From Lama guanicoe (taxonomy: Eukaryota): 64,000 bases of DNA. The position numbers were made by a program, and so were the translations under genes. Below are positions 10,967 through 22,299 of the stretch, one piece after another (the stretch's first letter is position 1; each line of letters starts with the position of its first letter). The notes beneath the pieces were generated by a model. It made no database searches, was not told the origin of the DNA, and saw only the letters and a list, made by a program, of their open reading frames with translations. The stretch lies in NCBI GenBank assembly GCA_013239625.1, contig MU053504.1, positions 1,304,001 through 1,368,000 of the forward strand, read 5' to 3'.

Positions 10967-12900
10967 GTGTGTTGTGACCCGGATTCAGGCGCGTTTCAGT
11001 CTGCCCTCTCCCTCTACCCCCAGCCTTGCTCCCTTCCTTGATCTCAGCTAGATGTCCCCTCCCTAGTGAAGGGACGGCCCCTGCTGTCTCCTCCTGCCTC
11101 TCTTTGCCCCTGCCTTTGCTCCAGCCCAGCTCTCTGCGTCTGGTCTGCAAGGAACCAGGATGAGGATCACAGCCATCCCCGGGGGAGTGGCCACTGGCAC
11201 TGCCAACTCAAACCCCTCCTATAGCGTAGGTGCAAGCAGGGGCTCCGAGTGGGGAGGTGACATGGCAGCAGGATGGGAAAAGATCCCAGTCATCCTGAAT
11301 TTCAGCTGCTGACACACCAGTAGCTCTTGATGAGAGCAGAGAGAAATTAACAAAATGAATTCAGAAATCATCACGATTTCCCACTCTGACCTGTGTCCTC
11401 TTCTGTGAAATGTGGCTTTGCTCTAGAAGACCTTCAAGAGTTCCGCCAGCTCTGAAATTCTAAGATTTGGGGGTTTGATTTATTTGCTGTGTTTCCTTTG
11501 TTCCATTAGCATTCGCACACGGGTGGTGGACAGAGCCAGTTTATGGAATCAGTTGGGATTTTAATTTCATTTTTTGCTACTGATTTTGATGGGACATCTC
11601 CCCCTCTTTGCCTCCCTTTTTCACTTCACTCACTTCTCAGGCTGTTTTAAGAATCCCTATTGATAATAGGCAGGGAGGCTTTTGAAACAGTTGGAAACAA
11701 TTTGAAACAGTTGAAGAGTTTTGAAACCAGGATTGTGGTGAAGAGTTGGTGCTCCTCCCACTGGGTTCTAACAGACTTTCTTTGCCTACATCCTCATTCA
11801 GGTGTCCCACCAGACTTCTCTAACTTCACAGAGAGGAAATTGAGGCCCTCAGAAGGAGCCACTGGTTTCTTCCGTCACCCGTGCCAGCCACCCCTGGCCC
11901 AGTTAGGGCCTTTGTCTATTATCTGGTTGTCCTTGGACATGAGCTAACAGGGTAAAGGGTGCACGGTGTCCTTAGCAACTGAAGGAGAACTTGAATGCAT
12001 CACTAATGGGTCCTGGAGCATCCTGAATTTTAGAGGGAGGCTATCCCATCCAAAACAGACCACAGGTGTCTGGATGCCAGATACAAAATGGCCTTTGTGT
12101 CATTTTCAGCTGAGTGCCCTGGCAGGACAGAGAAAGATGAAGAATGCCCAGTCCTGTTCCCCCAGATGCTGACAGTCTAGCAGGGGAAATAGAACAGGGC
12201 ATCAGCTGTCATAAGACAAAGCAGAACGCAGTGCGTAAACGAGAAAGGATTTGATGAGTGTGTGTTGTTGGGGGATGGGGCATCAGGGTTCCTCCACAGA
12301 GAAGGAAAGCATTTCAATAAGGCTTGGAAGCACAGGTGGAGTTAGGACAAGCAATGGGAGGGAACACTATGCAGACTCAAAGGCAGATCTCCTAGGATAT
12401 GCAGGAGATAAGACAAAAAATCCCTGTGCTCCAGGCTTTCCAGCGCTCAAGGGCTAGGGCCCCCTCCTCTTCACTTCCCTCCTATGATCTCTCCTTTGCT
12501 TCTCAGGAGTTAATGAGAAGCTAAATCTCACAGAGGCTGCTTCAAACTGGTCTCTAAAACCTGCAATAACCAAAGCCCACATCCTGGTATTTCCATGTAG
12601 GAAACTTGCCAAGTTAAAGACTGCGCAGGCAGAACCCTTCCCCAGCTCTTCCCTCACCACCCATCAGCTGCTGCCAACTCAGCTGAGAGTCACTGTTTTT
12701 GAGTGAAGGAGGCTGTGAGCAGCACAAACAAGAACGTGGATTTTGCAGCATCTGAGTACACACTCTTGTCTGTGAGTTGGCGAGGGTCATCACACCGTCC
12801 AGCTGGGCATTCTCTGCAGCTGTGTTGTCCAGTACACTAGCCACTAGCCACACGTTGGGCACTTGAAATGTGGCTGGTGTAACTGAGGAACTGAATTTCT

Positions 12901-13037
12901 TTTCTTTTTATTTATTTTTATTTTTTACTGAAGTGTAGTTGACTTACCACATTAGTTTCAGGGGTGCAGCAAAGTGATTCAGTTATACACATACACACAA
13001 ATATATATACATATATTTTCAGATTCTTTTCCATTGT
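12901..13037 (-). mobile_element. Short L1 3'-end insertion
   Basis: T-rich tail plus gaagtgtagttgacttacc; exact TSD ggaactgaatttct on both sides. Confidence 0.85.
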
Positions 13038-13522
13038 GGAACTGAATTTCTAATTCAATTTAATTTTAATTCAGTATTAATACCACTGATTTAACCCAAG
13101 AGCTAGTGAATTTACTTAACTTGAACAGACAAATGTAGTTCTGAAAATGATTTAACTTTCAAGCCAAAGCATTTCTTCTTAAAAAAAAAAAAACTAATTT
13201 TGTCAATACAGAATGCGAAAGTCCAAGGAAAATGATATTCTGTTACTTGATTCATTTATCAGGAAACTTAAGCATGTCTAAAACAATGTGGGTATGTGAA
13301 TCTACTCTTTCAACTACATATATTATGAAATCTAAATATAGATTAAATATGTTCGGTGAAAATTTCACGTCTGATGACATCTGCTGTGAGGACAAGTCGA
13401 ACGTCGGATTTTTAGGACAGTACAGAAAGAATGTAAAATATCTCGTTAGTAATTTTTACATTGACTACATGTTGAAATTATAATTTTAAATATATTGGGT
13501 TAAATGGAATGTGTTATTGGTA

Positions 13523-13670
13523 GGGAGAGTATAGCTCAGTGGTAGAGCGTGTGCTTAGCATGCATGAGGTCCTGGATTCAATCCCCAATACCTCCCTCCA
13601 TTAAAATAAATGAATAAAAATAAATAAACCTAATTACTTGCCCCTCCCTCCAAAAAAAACACACACACAA
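13523..13670 (+). mobile_element. tRNA-Ala-derived SINE (long form)
   Basis: gtatagctcagtggtagagcgtgtgcttagcatgcatgaggtcctggattcaatcccc + aaataaacctaattac tail. Confidence 0.92.
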
Positions 13671-14215
13671 ATTTTTGTCTGTTTCACATTGTTTATTTAA
13701 CAACAGGTAATAAGAAATCAAATTTAATAGTCTGTACAATGATCCAAACTTCATATCTATAAGTGATCAGCTTTAATTGCATGATTTACAAGTTGAGGGT
13801 TTTTGCTTTCTATTTTCAAGAACAAAAAAAATTTAATGAAATGTATTTTAAAATTAATTTTACCCACATCCTTTTATCATTTTAATATGGCTACTAGAAT
13901 TTTTTAAATTAAAATACATGGCTCATATTTATTTCCATCAGGCAGCCCTGCACTGGGGTGTGTTGTGTTGGGAGGACTCAGAGAAATGGAGATTGGGGAG
14001 CAGCCCTGGCGGTGGTTTGGGCTGCAGGACAGGGTGGTGGCCTCCTCTGCCAGGAGGTGGGAGTTGAGCAGGGCAGGCGTGTGCAGGTGGTCAGAGCTGG
14101 GAGCGTGGGGAGCATGGCCCACCTGTCTTGCTGTGGTCTCCTCGCATCCCCCAGAACACCTGAGGACCCTTGCCTCCTCCTCACTCTCCTCTGCTCCTCC
14201 CTGCCTCTGCTCCAG

Positions 14216-14368
14216 GTCTTCCTCCTCGGCCTCCAGTGCCCCTTGTGGGGAGTCTCTGTCTGAGGAGGAACTGGCCCGGATTCTGGAGCAGGTGGAGGAC
14301 AAGAAGAAGCTCATTGCCACCATGCGGAGCAAGCCCTGGCCCATGGCGAGGAAGCTGATGGAGCTCAG
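14216..14368 (+). CDS. TMC2: TMC2 exon 4
   Basis: Long pyrimidine tract, tccag| ... CTCAG|gtgagc, 153 nt; ESLSEEELARILEQVEDKKKLIATMRSKPWPMARKLMELR. Confidence 0.97.
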
Positions 14369-15401
14369 GTGAGCGGGTGTGGTCGGCCAGGGCCTCTCCA
14401 CGTTCAGAAGGCTCAGCTCCGCTGATGGGTATGGGAGTCCCTTCCTCCTCTCCACCCCAAGAGGGCTTGACAAGAAGCGGAATTCACCCTCCCGCCCTGC
14501 TTTGGTCCCCCACCTCGTCCCCGACACAGCACAGCGCTGAGAGGGGTGCCCATAGAGCCGGGCCTGTTGGCCAGCGATGAGGATCTTGGCCCTCTGGCAG
14601 TGCCCCACCCCTCGCTGCCTGGCCAGCTCTTCTGTCCCAAGTTCCACTTCATCTGGTGGCTTCTGTGCCTCCCTCATAACCCAGCGGAGATGCCTTCTTC
14701 GAGGGGCTTTCTGTGACCCCCACCTCAACAAGTTCAGACCTCTCGTGTTCTTCAAGCACCACAGTCTCTCCATGTGTCACACACTCACGTGCAGCGTGGA
14801 GAGCAGGGAGAGGGTCTGTCTTAGCTACGCTTGTGTCTCGAATACCTACATGGGGCCAAGCTTGCAGTGATGCTGCATGAGTACCGTCTGGCCCCGTACC
14901 CTCGCCCCAACTGGTATTTTCAACTCAGCCACTTCCCTGGTTTCCGTAAGACAGGCCGGCACACCAAGCGTTTTATAGCTCAAGTGCCTTCTGTACTTTG
15001 GAGAGAAGGACAGGAAGTTTCTACTTAAAAAGTCCCATCCAACGCTACCAACTTCCTCCAAGTCCCGCCTCAGTCTTTCTACCACAAGTTTGGGGTGACG
15101 CCCCCTTCCTCCTTCCTTCTGGGTAAAGCCATTTCCCTGGCTCCTCTCACACCTGAGTTGCCTCATTGCTCAAGTCAAACGCCTCGCCCTTTATCACATA
15201 GAACAGTTTGGCTGCCATATTTTGACGTTCAGCCTCACTGTTTGTGCACAAGAGGCCCAGCAGAGATGCCGGCTGCGCAAACACAGTGCAGACCCTGGCA
15301 AGAAGCCTGGTAAACAGACCTTACTCCACTGCCCTGCAAATGTTTGCATTTTCTCCAACTCTGCTGCAGGAAGAAGTGGCTCCATGCAGTGCCCTCCAGG
15401 C

Positions 15402-15600
15402 CAGCGCTGACCAGCAAAACTTTCTCTGATGGTGGAAGCATTCTAAATCTGCACTAATAGCGCAGCCGCCAGTCACATGTAGCTAGTGAGCACTTGGCAA
15501 GTGGTCAGTGCAACTGAGAGATGGAATATTTGTTTTATTTTAACTTATTTCAATTTAAATCATCACATGTGGCTGGTGGCTGCAGTTTGGGCAGTAAGGA
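15402..15600. mobile_element. MER3-like hAT-Charlie MITE (similar copies near 50225-50425 and 55375-55565)
   Basis: aactttctctgatggtggaagcattcta...cacatgtagctagtgagcactt...cacatgtggct. Confidence 0.7.
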
Positions 15601-16279
15601 CAGCTGCAGGCAGTGGGCTGTCTGCCTTCCCACCTCTCTTTTTCTGAGTCTCTTCTTCCTGATCCCCCAGGGCTGGGTTCTTCCTCCTTCCATCTGTCAC
15701 TCTGACAGAACCTCACCCCCACTCAGGTGTCACCTGAACACATCTTTTATTAACAGTGGAAAAAGAGCAACCTTGATGCTTATGGAAATGAGATCTCCAG
15801 CTAGCTGGAAGTCTCAGGGACCATGAAAATCCCTGAGGGCCATTCAGCTGGCCAGAGGAGAAGTCTGCTCTGGGTGGGAGTGGGAAGTGGCCAAGGCCTG
15901 AGATGTTGAAAAGACTCTTGTCTCTCTCATTGGAGCAGGGCTCCCTGACAGACAGTGATCTCTTCCCGCCAGGCCTCCCTCCTTCCTCTTCCCTCTTACA
16001 AGACTCTCTATCCCAGACTCAAGTCTTGGGCTCTCCAGCCTCTGGGTCTTCACCCCAGCAATGCCGCTGCCAGCCCACCTGGCCACTTCCTAATACACCC
16101 TGTGAGACTCAGGCCACGTGTCCCCACTACAGGCAAGTCCCATTGCCCCTCCCTGCATTCAGACTGAGTTAGTTACTGCCTCTCCGATCCCCGAGACGCT
16201 GCCCCTCACTTGCCTGGATGCTCTTGTGTGCAGAGCTGTGTCTTACTCATCTTTTACTATTCTTTCTTTTTTTTACCTA

Positions 16280-16505
16280 TCACCAACATTTGCTGAGCGC
16301 TCCCGATATGCCAGCAACTGTTCTGGGTGCTATATGTGTAACAATTCATTTCATCCTCATAATCACCCGCTGATGTAGGTGCTATTGTTATTGCCTCCAT
16401 TTTCCTGATGAGCAAACTGAGACACAGAGCAGTCTAGTAATTTGCCCAAGGTCACACAGTGAGTTAAGTGGAATTCTGGCTCCAGAACCTGCACTTTTAA
16501 ATTGT
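16280..16505. mobile_element. MIR SINE (other MIR fragments near 9940, 39760, 52290, 55240, 60860)
   Basis: MIR core: gagcaaactgagacacagag...taatttgcccaaggtcacacag. Confidence 0.8.
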
Positions 16506-17249
16506 AATTGCCTGTCTAGAATTACTAGACATTCTAGAATATACCTCTTTGTCTCCTGTATGATTTCCTCTTCTGGCACTAAGGTCTTCAACTGCAGATA
16601 GCATCCCCAGACTGTATCGTTTTTTTAGAAGCGATGGTGTGGGAACCCTAGTCTCTGGCCCACTCAGGCAGCTGGCTGACCTCAGCATAGTTGCCGTAGA
16701 CAATCAGAGAAGGATGTTAAGGTATAAAGAGCAATAGCAGTGAACTGGGGCAAGCTTACATTCATACCTCTACCATATCTGGGTGGCTTTGGCTGGCTAT
16801 TGAATCCCCTTCAGGCTGATTTCCTTCCCTTAACCTCCGTAAGCTTCCCATCCCTTATTTGTTAAAGTAGGAATAATAATAATATCTCCCTTGCAGAGTT
16901 GTTCTGACAAATGCAAAATATTTATTTACATGCCCAGTATATTGTATGCAATCAATAAGTAGTAGTTATTGCTACTGTTAAAGCATGAGCATCTTTTGTG
17001 CCAGACACCATGCTGAGCTCTGAGAGGAGAATGGTAAGCATATATGAATCAGAGAAGACATCATTAATGTCCACATTAGTAATGACACAAGGCAGGCTGT
17101 GATGTTGGCAGAAGAACCTCTAATGCCCATGAGTTAGGGATATTTGCTTTAATCATCGAATTAACCAGGTGTGTCCCTCAGCTTTGTCAGAAACCTGATG
17201 TGTTAGAAAACTACCCGAAGTGCTTGCTTCCTTCAGAGAGATCTGAAGA

Positions 17250-19520
17250 ATTCTACCTCCAGGAAGATGGAGTGGACATACTTCTCCATGTTCTTCCCAC
17301 TAAGTACACCCTAAACCCTGGATAGTGTATGTGAAGCAAAAATTAGAAACTCAGAATGGTGGAGAGAAGAAGGCAGACTGGCTAAGGACCTCAGGGCCAA
17401 AGAATGACAGGGCATTGAGTTCCAGATTTCCTTTTTGCCTTATGTATCCAGACTGGATAATGGAGAAGCTGGCAGCCCAAAAATGCCAACAGACACAGAC
17501 AAAAACAGTTCAAGAAAAGTTTGCTCTCTCTAGCTGAAGGATCAGGAAAAGGACAGCCTGGCAAGGCAGAAAACTTGTAGACAATAACAACCCTATTCCA
17601 GCCAAACACCACAAGCAAAAGAGCAGCCCTAGTTCCACCCCAGCAGCAAAAGCCAAGTCGGGAAGCCTAGCTTTCCTCCATGCCAGGCTGTAACATGGTG
17701 CCCACAATCCTTCCACTAAGGTGCTGAAGAAGGCCAAGTGGAGAGCAGAGACTTTCATCCCTACTGGGCAGTAATGAACCCTCCCTCTCCCCATGGTATC
17801 AGTGGAGGCCGCATGGGGAGTCTAAACTTTCACCACCAGCTGGCAGTTACAAGGTATCCCTTCCAGCCAGGATGATGTGAGCCTGAACTCCCATCCGTGG
17901 TGGGAGCCTGAACTCCCAGCTCTGCTCAGTAGTAACAAGGAGCTCCAGCCCAGCCCCAGGTGTCAAAGGAAGCCAAGTGAATAATCTGGACTTCCACCTG
18001 GAAGTAACCAGGCAGCATCCCCCTTCAGCTACTGGAGTGGTGTCGGTGGAGTCCTGCTTAAACACAGGATTTAAATACGATCCAGAGCCTCATAATGTAA
18101 TATCTCAAATGTCCAGGCTTCATTTGAAAAATCCCTCATCATACCAAGAACCAGGAAGATCTCAAACTGAATGACAAAAGATAATCAACAGATGCTAACA
18201 TCAAGATGACACAGATGTTAGAATTATCTGACAAAGATTTGAAAGAAACCATCATAAACAGATTTCAGTAAGCAATTATGAACATGTGAAAGAAATGAAG
18301 AAATAGAATGTCTCAGAAAATGAAAACATATAAAGAAGAACAACTGGAAATTTTAGAAGTAAAAAATATAGTACTAAAATTTTTAAAAACTCAGTGAATG
18401 GGCTGAACAGCAGAATGCAGAGAACAGAGCAGAGAATCCATGAAGGTGAAGGTAGAGCAAGAAGAATCACCCAATCCAAACTACAGAGAGAAAAAGTGAA
18501 CAGAGCCTCAGAGACATGTGGGACTATACTAAATGATCTAACATTAGTGTCTCCTCCAAATCCCTTGTCCTCGATATGAAAGGAAAAAAGGAGTCTTAAA
18601 AGAAAAGAAGAAAGGGAGTGGGGCTGAAAAAGTCTTCAAAGATATAATGACTGAAAGTTTCTCAAATTTGGCAAAACAGAAAGCTAAACAAAACCCAAAC
18701 AGGGTAAACCCAAAATAATCCATGTTCATACACATCATGGTCAAATTTCTGAGTACTTACAAGCAGTCAGAGAGAAACAATGCATTACTATGGAAGAAAA
18801 ACAATTAGAATGACAAATTTCTCATCAGAAGCCATGGAGGGCAGAAGGTGTTGACACAATTCTTCAAGTGCTAAATGAAAAGAATTGTCAGCCCAGAACC
18901 CTATATTCAGGAAAAATATCCTTCAAAAATAAAGGAGAGGTGGGGAGGATACAGCTCAGTGATAGAGCTCATGCTTAGCATGCACAAGGTCCTGGGTTCA
19001 ATCCCCAGTACCTCCATTTAAAAAAAAAAAAGGCTATACAAATAGATACACTCAAAAGTGCTTTAGATGAAACAAAATGGAGTCCTAACAATGTTCAAGA
19101 AACCCACAGAAAAGCATGAAAAAAAGGAAAGCAAAAATGGAAAACATAACAGAAACCAAGAAATAAAATGACAGGTTTAAACCATAATATATATATAATT
19201 ACATCAAATGTTAGTGATCTAAATACATCAATTAAAAGACAGAGATTGGCAGAGTGGATTTAAAAGATGATCCAACTATATGCAGTCTATAAGTAACTCA
19301 CTTTAACACAATGTATGTGTGCTGAGAGTAAAAGGATGGCAGAAAATACACTACGCAAACATTAGCCGAAAGGAAGTAGGAGAAGCTATGTAAATATCAG
19401 ATAAAGTCAACTTCAGAGTAAAGAAATTACCAGGAAAGAGAGGGACACTACATAATGATAAAAGGACCAATCCACCAAGAAAACAGGGTAATCCTACACA
19501 CATACGCACCAAAGAGATCA
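17250..19520 (+). mobile_element. Old LINE-1 (L1M) 5' region with decayed ORF1 and start of ORF2
   Basis: A-rich + strand; ORF1-like MNGLNSRMQRTEQRIHE; endonuclease-like MIKGPIHQENRVILHTYAP; many stops. Confidence 0.8.
18942..19031 (+). mobile_element. tRNA-Ala-derived SINE (short form)
   Basis: tRNA-like head followed directly by poly(A). Confidence 0.9.
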
Positions 19521-19539
19521 GTGGCTTGGATTCTACGGT

Positions 19540-20050
19540 GTATTAATTTTCAAGTGCTGTGTAACAAATTACCCCAAAAGTTAGTAGTTCAAAACAATAA
19601 TAAACATTTATTATCTTTTATTGTTCAGAAATTCAGGAGCCACTTAACTGGGCAGTTCTGGCTTGGGGTCTCTCATAAGGTTGAGTCAAGATGTTGGTCA
19701 GCACGTCAGCCTTCAGAGGATAGGGCTGGTGAATCCACTTCCAAGGTTGCTTACATGGATGAAAAGTTGGTTCTGGTTGTTAGCAGGGGGCTCAGGCCTC
19801 TCCATAGGCTGCTTAAGTGTCTGCCTAACAAGGCAGCTGGCTTTCCCCAGAAGAGGTGGATTTCAAAGGGAAAGCCACAAAACCCTTTATATCCTAGTCT
19901 CAGAAGTCATAAACTATTGCTTCTACCATTTTCTAATCATTGGAAGCAAATCATTAAGTCTGGCCCACATTCAAAGGGAGAAGAATTCAGTTCTACATTT
20001 TAAAGGGAGGAATGTCAGATAATTTGCTAACATAGTTTAAAACCACCACA
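19540..20050 (-). mobile_element. MaLR LTR (MLT1-like)
   Basis: tgtattaattttc...tgctgtgtaacaaattacccc...aaaccaccaca. Confidence 0.75.
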
Positions 20051-20957
20051 TATGGGAAGCCAGGCAAACTAAGTTAACCTCAGCTGCCCTCAGACTGATT
20101 CAGTGACGTCCCTAGAGCAGATGCCGTGCCTGGCTGATCTGAATTTCTACTTAGAGTGAGCTCAACATGTTTGATCCTTGTCTCCACAACTGAAAAATAA
20201 AAACTGCTTCGGGACAAAGGAAAACAACAAACCAGCATAGCCCACATCACCTTCGACCTCTAGCCACCTCCAGCCATCTCCTTTTGGCCACCTGTGTTTT
20301 CTGCCTTTATCCAGATGTCTTCTGGAACTCAGGCTGGCCGATACACTCTCCCAGCATTCTGCATGGGACAGCAAAGCTCTGTAAGGATGCCACCAGATGC
20401 AAGCTGCCCTGTGTCTATTTTTACCTCTGCTTCTCAAAATTAAGGGGGAGGTTTTGGAGGTATATAGTCTCTCTGAGAGATGCTTTAGGTCAACTTCAGA
20501 GTGTTCCCTTGTCCAGGCAACTTGGGGAGCAGAGGGCTCCTCACATCAGCTCCCTGGGCTAGTACAGAAACTTATCAGCTGCTCACTCCAGGAGCTGCTG
20601 TTTTCCCAGAAGGGGGCGGGTGACTGCCTGCTAAGAGAAATCACTGTGCTCACCTCACACATATTTACATATTTAAGTCTCATAACATTATCCCCATTTT
20701 TAGATGCAAGCTCTGCCACTCCAAAAGGCAGAGAATCCTGCCTGGGTCTCTCCGGCACTAAAGCTACACAATACACCCCTTCTCTCCCAGCAGTAATCAC
20801 TGGCCACCCTGACTGTGTCTCCCCAGCTGCTATTTAGGCCACTTTATTGACAAGAATATTTAATAGACAAACCCGTCCACGTATCTCTCCTGCAATCTTA
20901 CTTGGATGTTCCCACACTCACCCAACGTTCATGTACTCAACGAATATCTCCTGAATG

Positions 20958-21480
20958 CTATATTTGTTTTTTACTGCTGTTCTAACAAACTACCACAAGC
21001 TTAACAATTTAAGACAATATTCACTTATTAGCTCACAATTCTGCCGGTCAGAAGTCCAGCATGGCGCGGCTGGATTCTCCGCTCAGGGTCTCCCCGGGCT
21101 AAAATCAAGATATGGGAAGGCTGTGGTTCCCTCCCATGTGGGACTTGAGGTCCTCTTCCAGGTTCCCTGGCCTTGGACAGAATTCATTTTTTCTCTCTTG
21201 CCTTCCATGTGGCATCCTCCAGAGGGGCCCCAGCAACAGAGGGTGGAGAATACTCTTTCTTCTAATTTCGCTGATTTCCCCATCTGCCACATCTCTCTCT
21301 GACTCTCCTGCCTTCCTCGTCTGAGTTTCTAAGGACTCACATGATTGCATGGCCCCTTCCAGATATTCAGATAGTCTCCCTAAAGTCAGTAATCTTAATA
21401 CATCTGCAAAGTCCCTTTTCACATTCATTGGTGTACCACCAGGGGGCAAAGGTCATGGGAACCAAAATTCTGCCTATGGT
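20958..21480 (-). mobile_element. MaLR LTR (MLT1-like)
   Basis: ctgctgttctaacaaactaccacaagctt...cttaatacatctgcaaagtccctttt...aaaattctgccta. Confidence 0.75.
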
Positions 21481-21683
21481 GCCTACCGTGTACCAATCAC
21501 TATTTTTGGCTTTTGGGAAACTTCAGTGGACAAAACAGACAAAATGGCCCGCCTTCGTGGAACTCACACTCTAACTAGGGATGTAAAACCCTTAGGGCTT
21601 TCAGCCATATATACATCCTCAGAGTTCAGATTTCTTTTGCTTGGGTGTTAATTGAATTCCTGCCTTTTTCCCCCCCTAACCAG

Positions 21684-21774
21684 GGAGGCCCAAGAATTTG
21701 TGGAGAAGTATGAAGGAGCCTTGGGAAAGGGGAAAGGCAAGCGACTCTACGCCTGTAGGATGCTGATGGCTAAG
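21684..21774 (+). CDS. TMC2: TMC2 exon 5
   Basis: cctaaccag| ... AAG|gtgtgt, 91 nt; [30 protein letters not shown]. Confidence 0.97.
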
Positions 21775-22299
21775 GTGTGTGGTGCAGAGCCCGCAAACCT
21801 GTGGGAGGACTTGCTCAGCTCCTGAACTTGGGTGACATCCCAGGCCCCTACCCTGCTTCACTGTTTGTGTTCGGCTCCCCCAGAATCCTGAGCATGAGGT
21901 CCAGTCAGCCATTCTGATTTGTCCAGGAATAGAAACCAACTGTATCCTGTCCATATCTCTATACACATCTGTAGGGGGCGTCAATATACTTGAGACTTAT
22001 TTCCTCTCCAGGGAAGAACTAAACTCGCAAAATCAGTGATGCTGAATCCACTGGGATCTTATTTTCCAGTCCAGATCAAGACTCATTGACTTGGTGGAGA
22101 CCAAGAAGGGCTATGGTGTTATCTGAATCATACAGACGATAAACTGAGGTGTTGACGGGGCATAGGGACAGCTCTGCTGTGTTGAGTTATATCATAACCT
22201 GGTCTTCTGATGGAGGCTCGGGTAATGTTCTCTGATTGGACATTTATTGTGGAACTTATTGAATTAGCCTTCCTTTACCTACTGATTTGAAAAACTATC

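Larger units (their letters stand above)
12817..13950. mobile_element. hAT-Charlie (MER33/Charlie1-like) DNA transposon with nested insertions
   Basis: Starts cagctgtgttgtccagta...agccactagccaca...cacttgaaatgtggct and ends atggctactaga...ggcagccctg. Confidence 0.75.

Noticed and set aside
13904..14773. 289-aa antisense ORF, the longest in the track
   Set aside because: Shadow ORF across GC-rich exon 4 that ends inside a DNA transposon; no recognisable homology.
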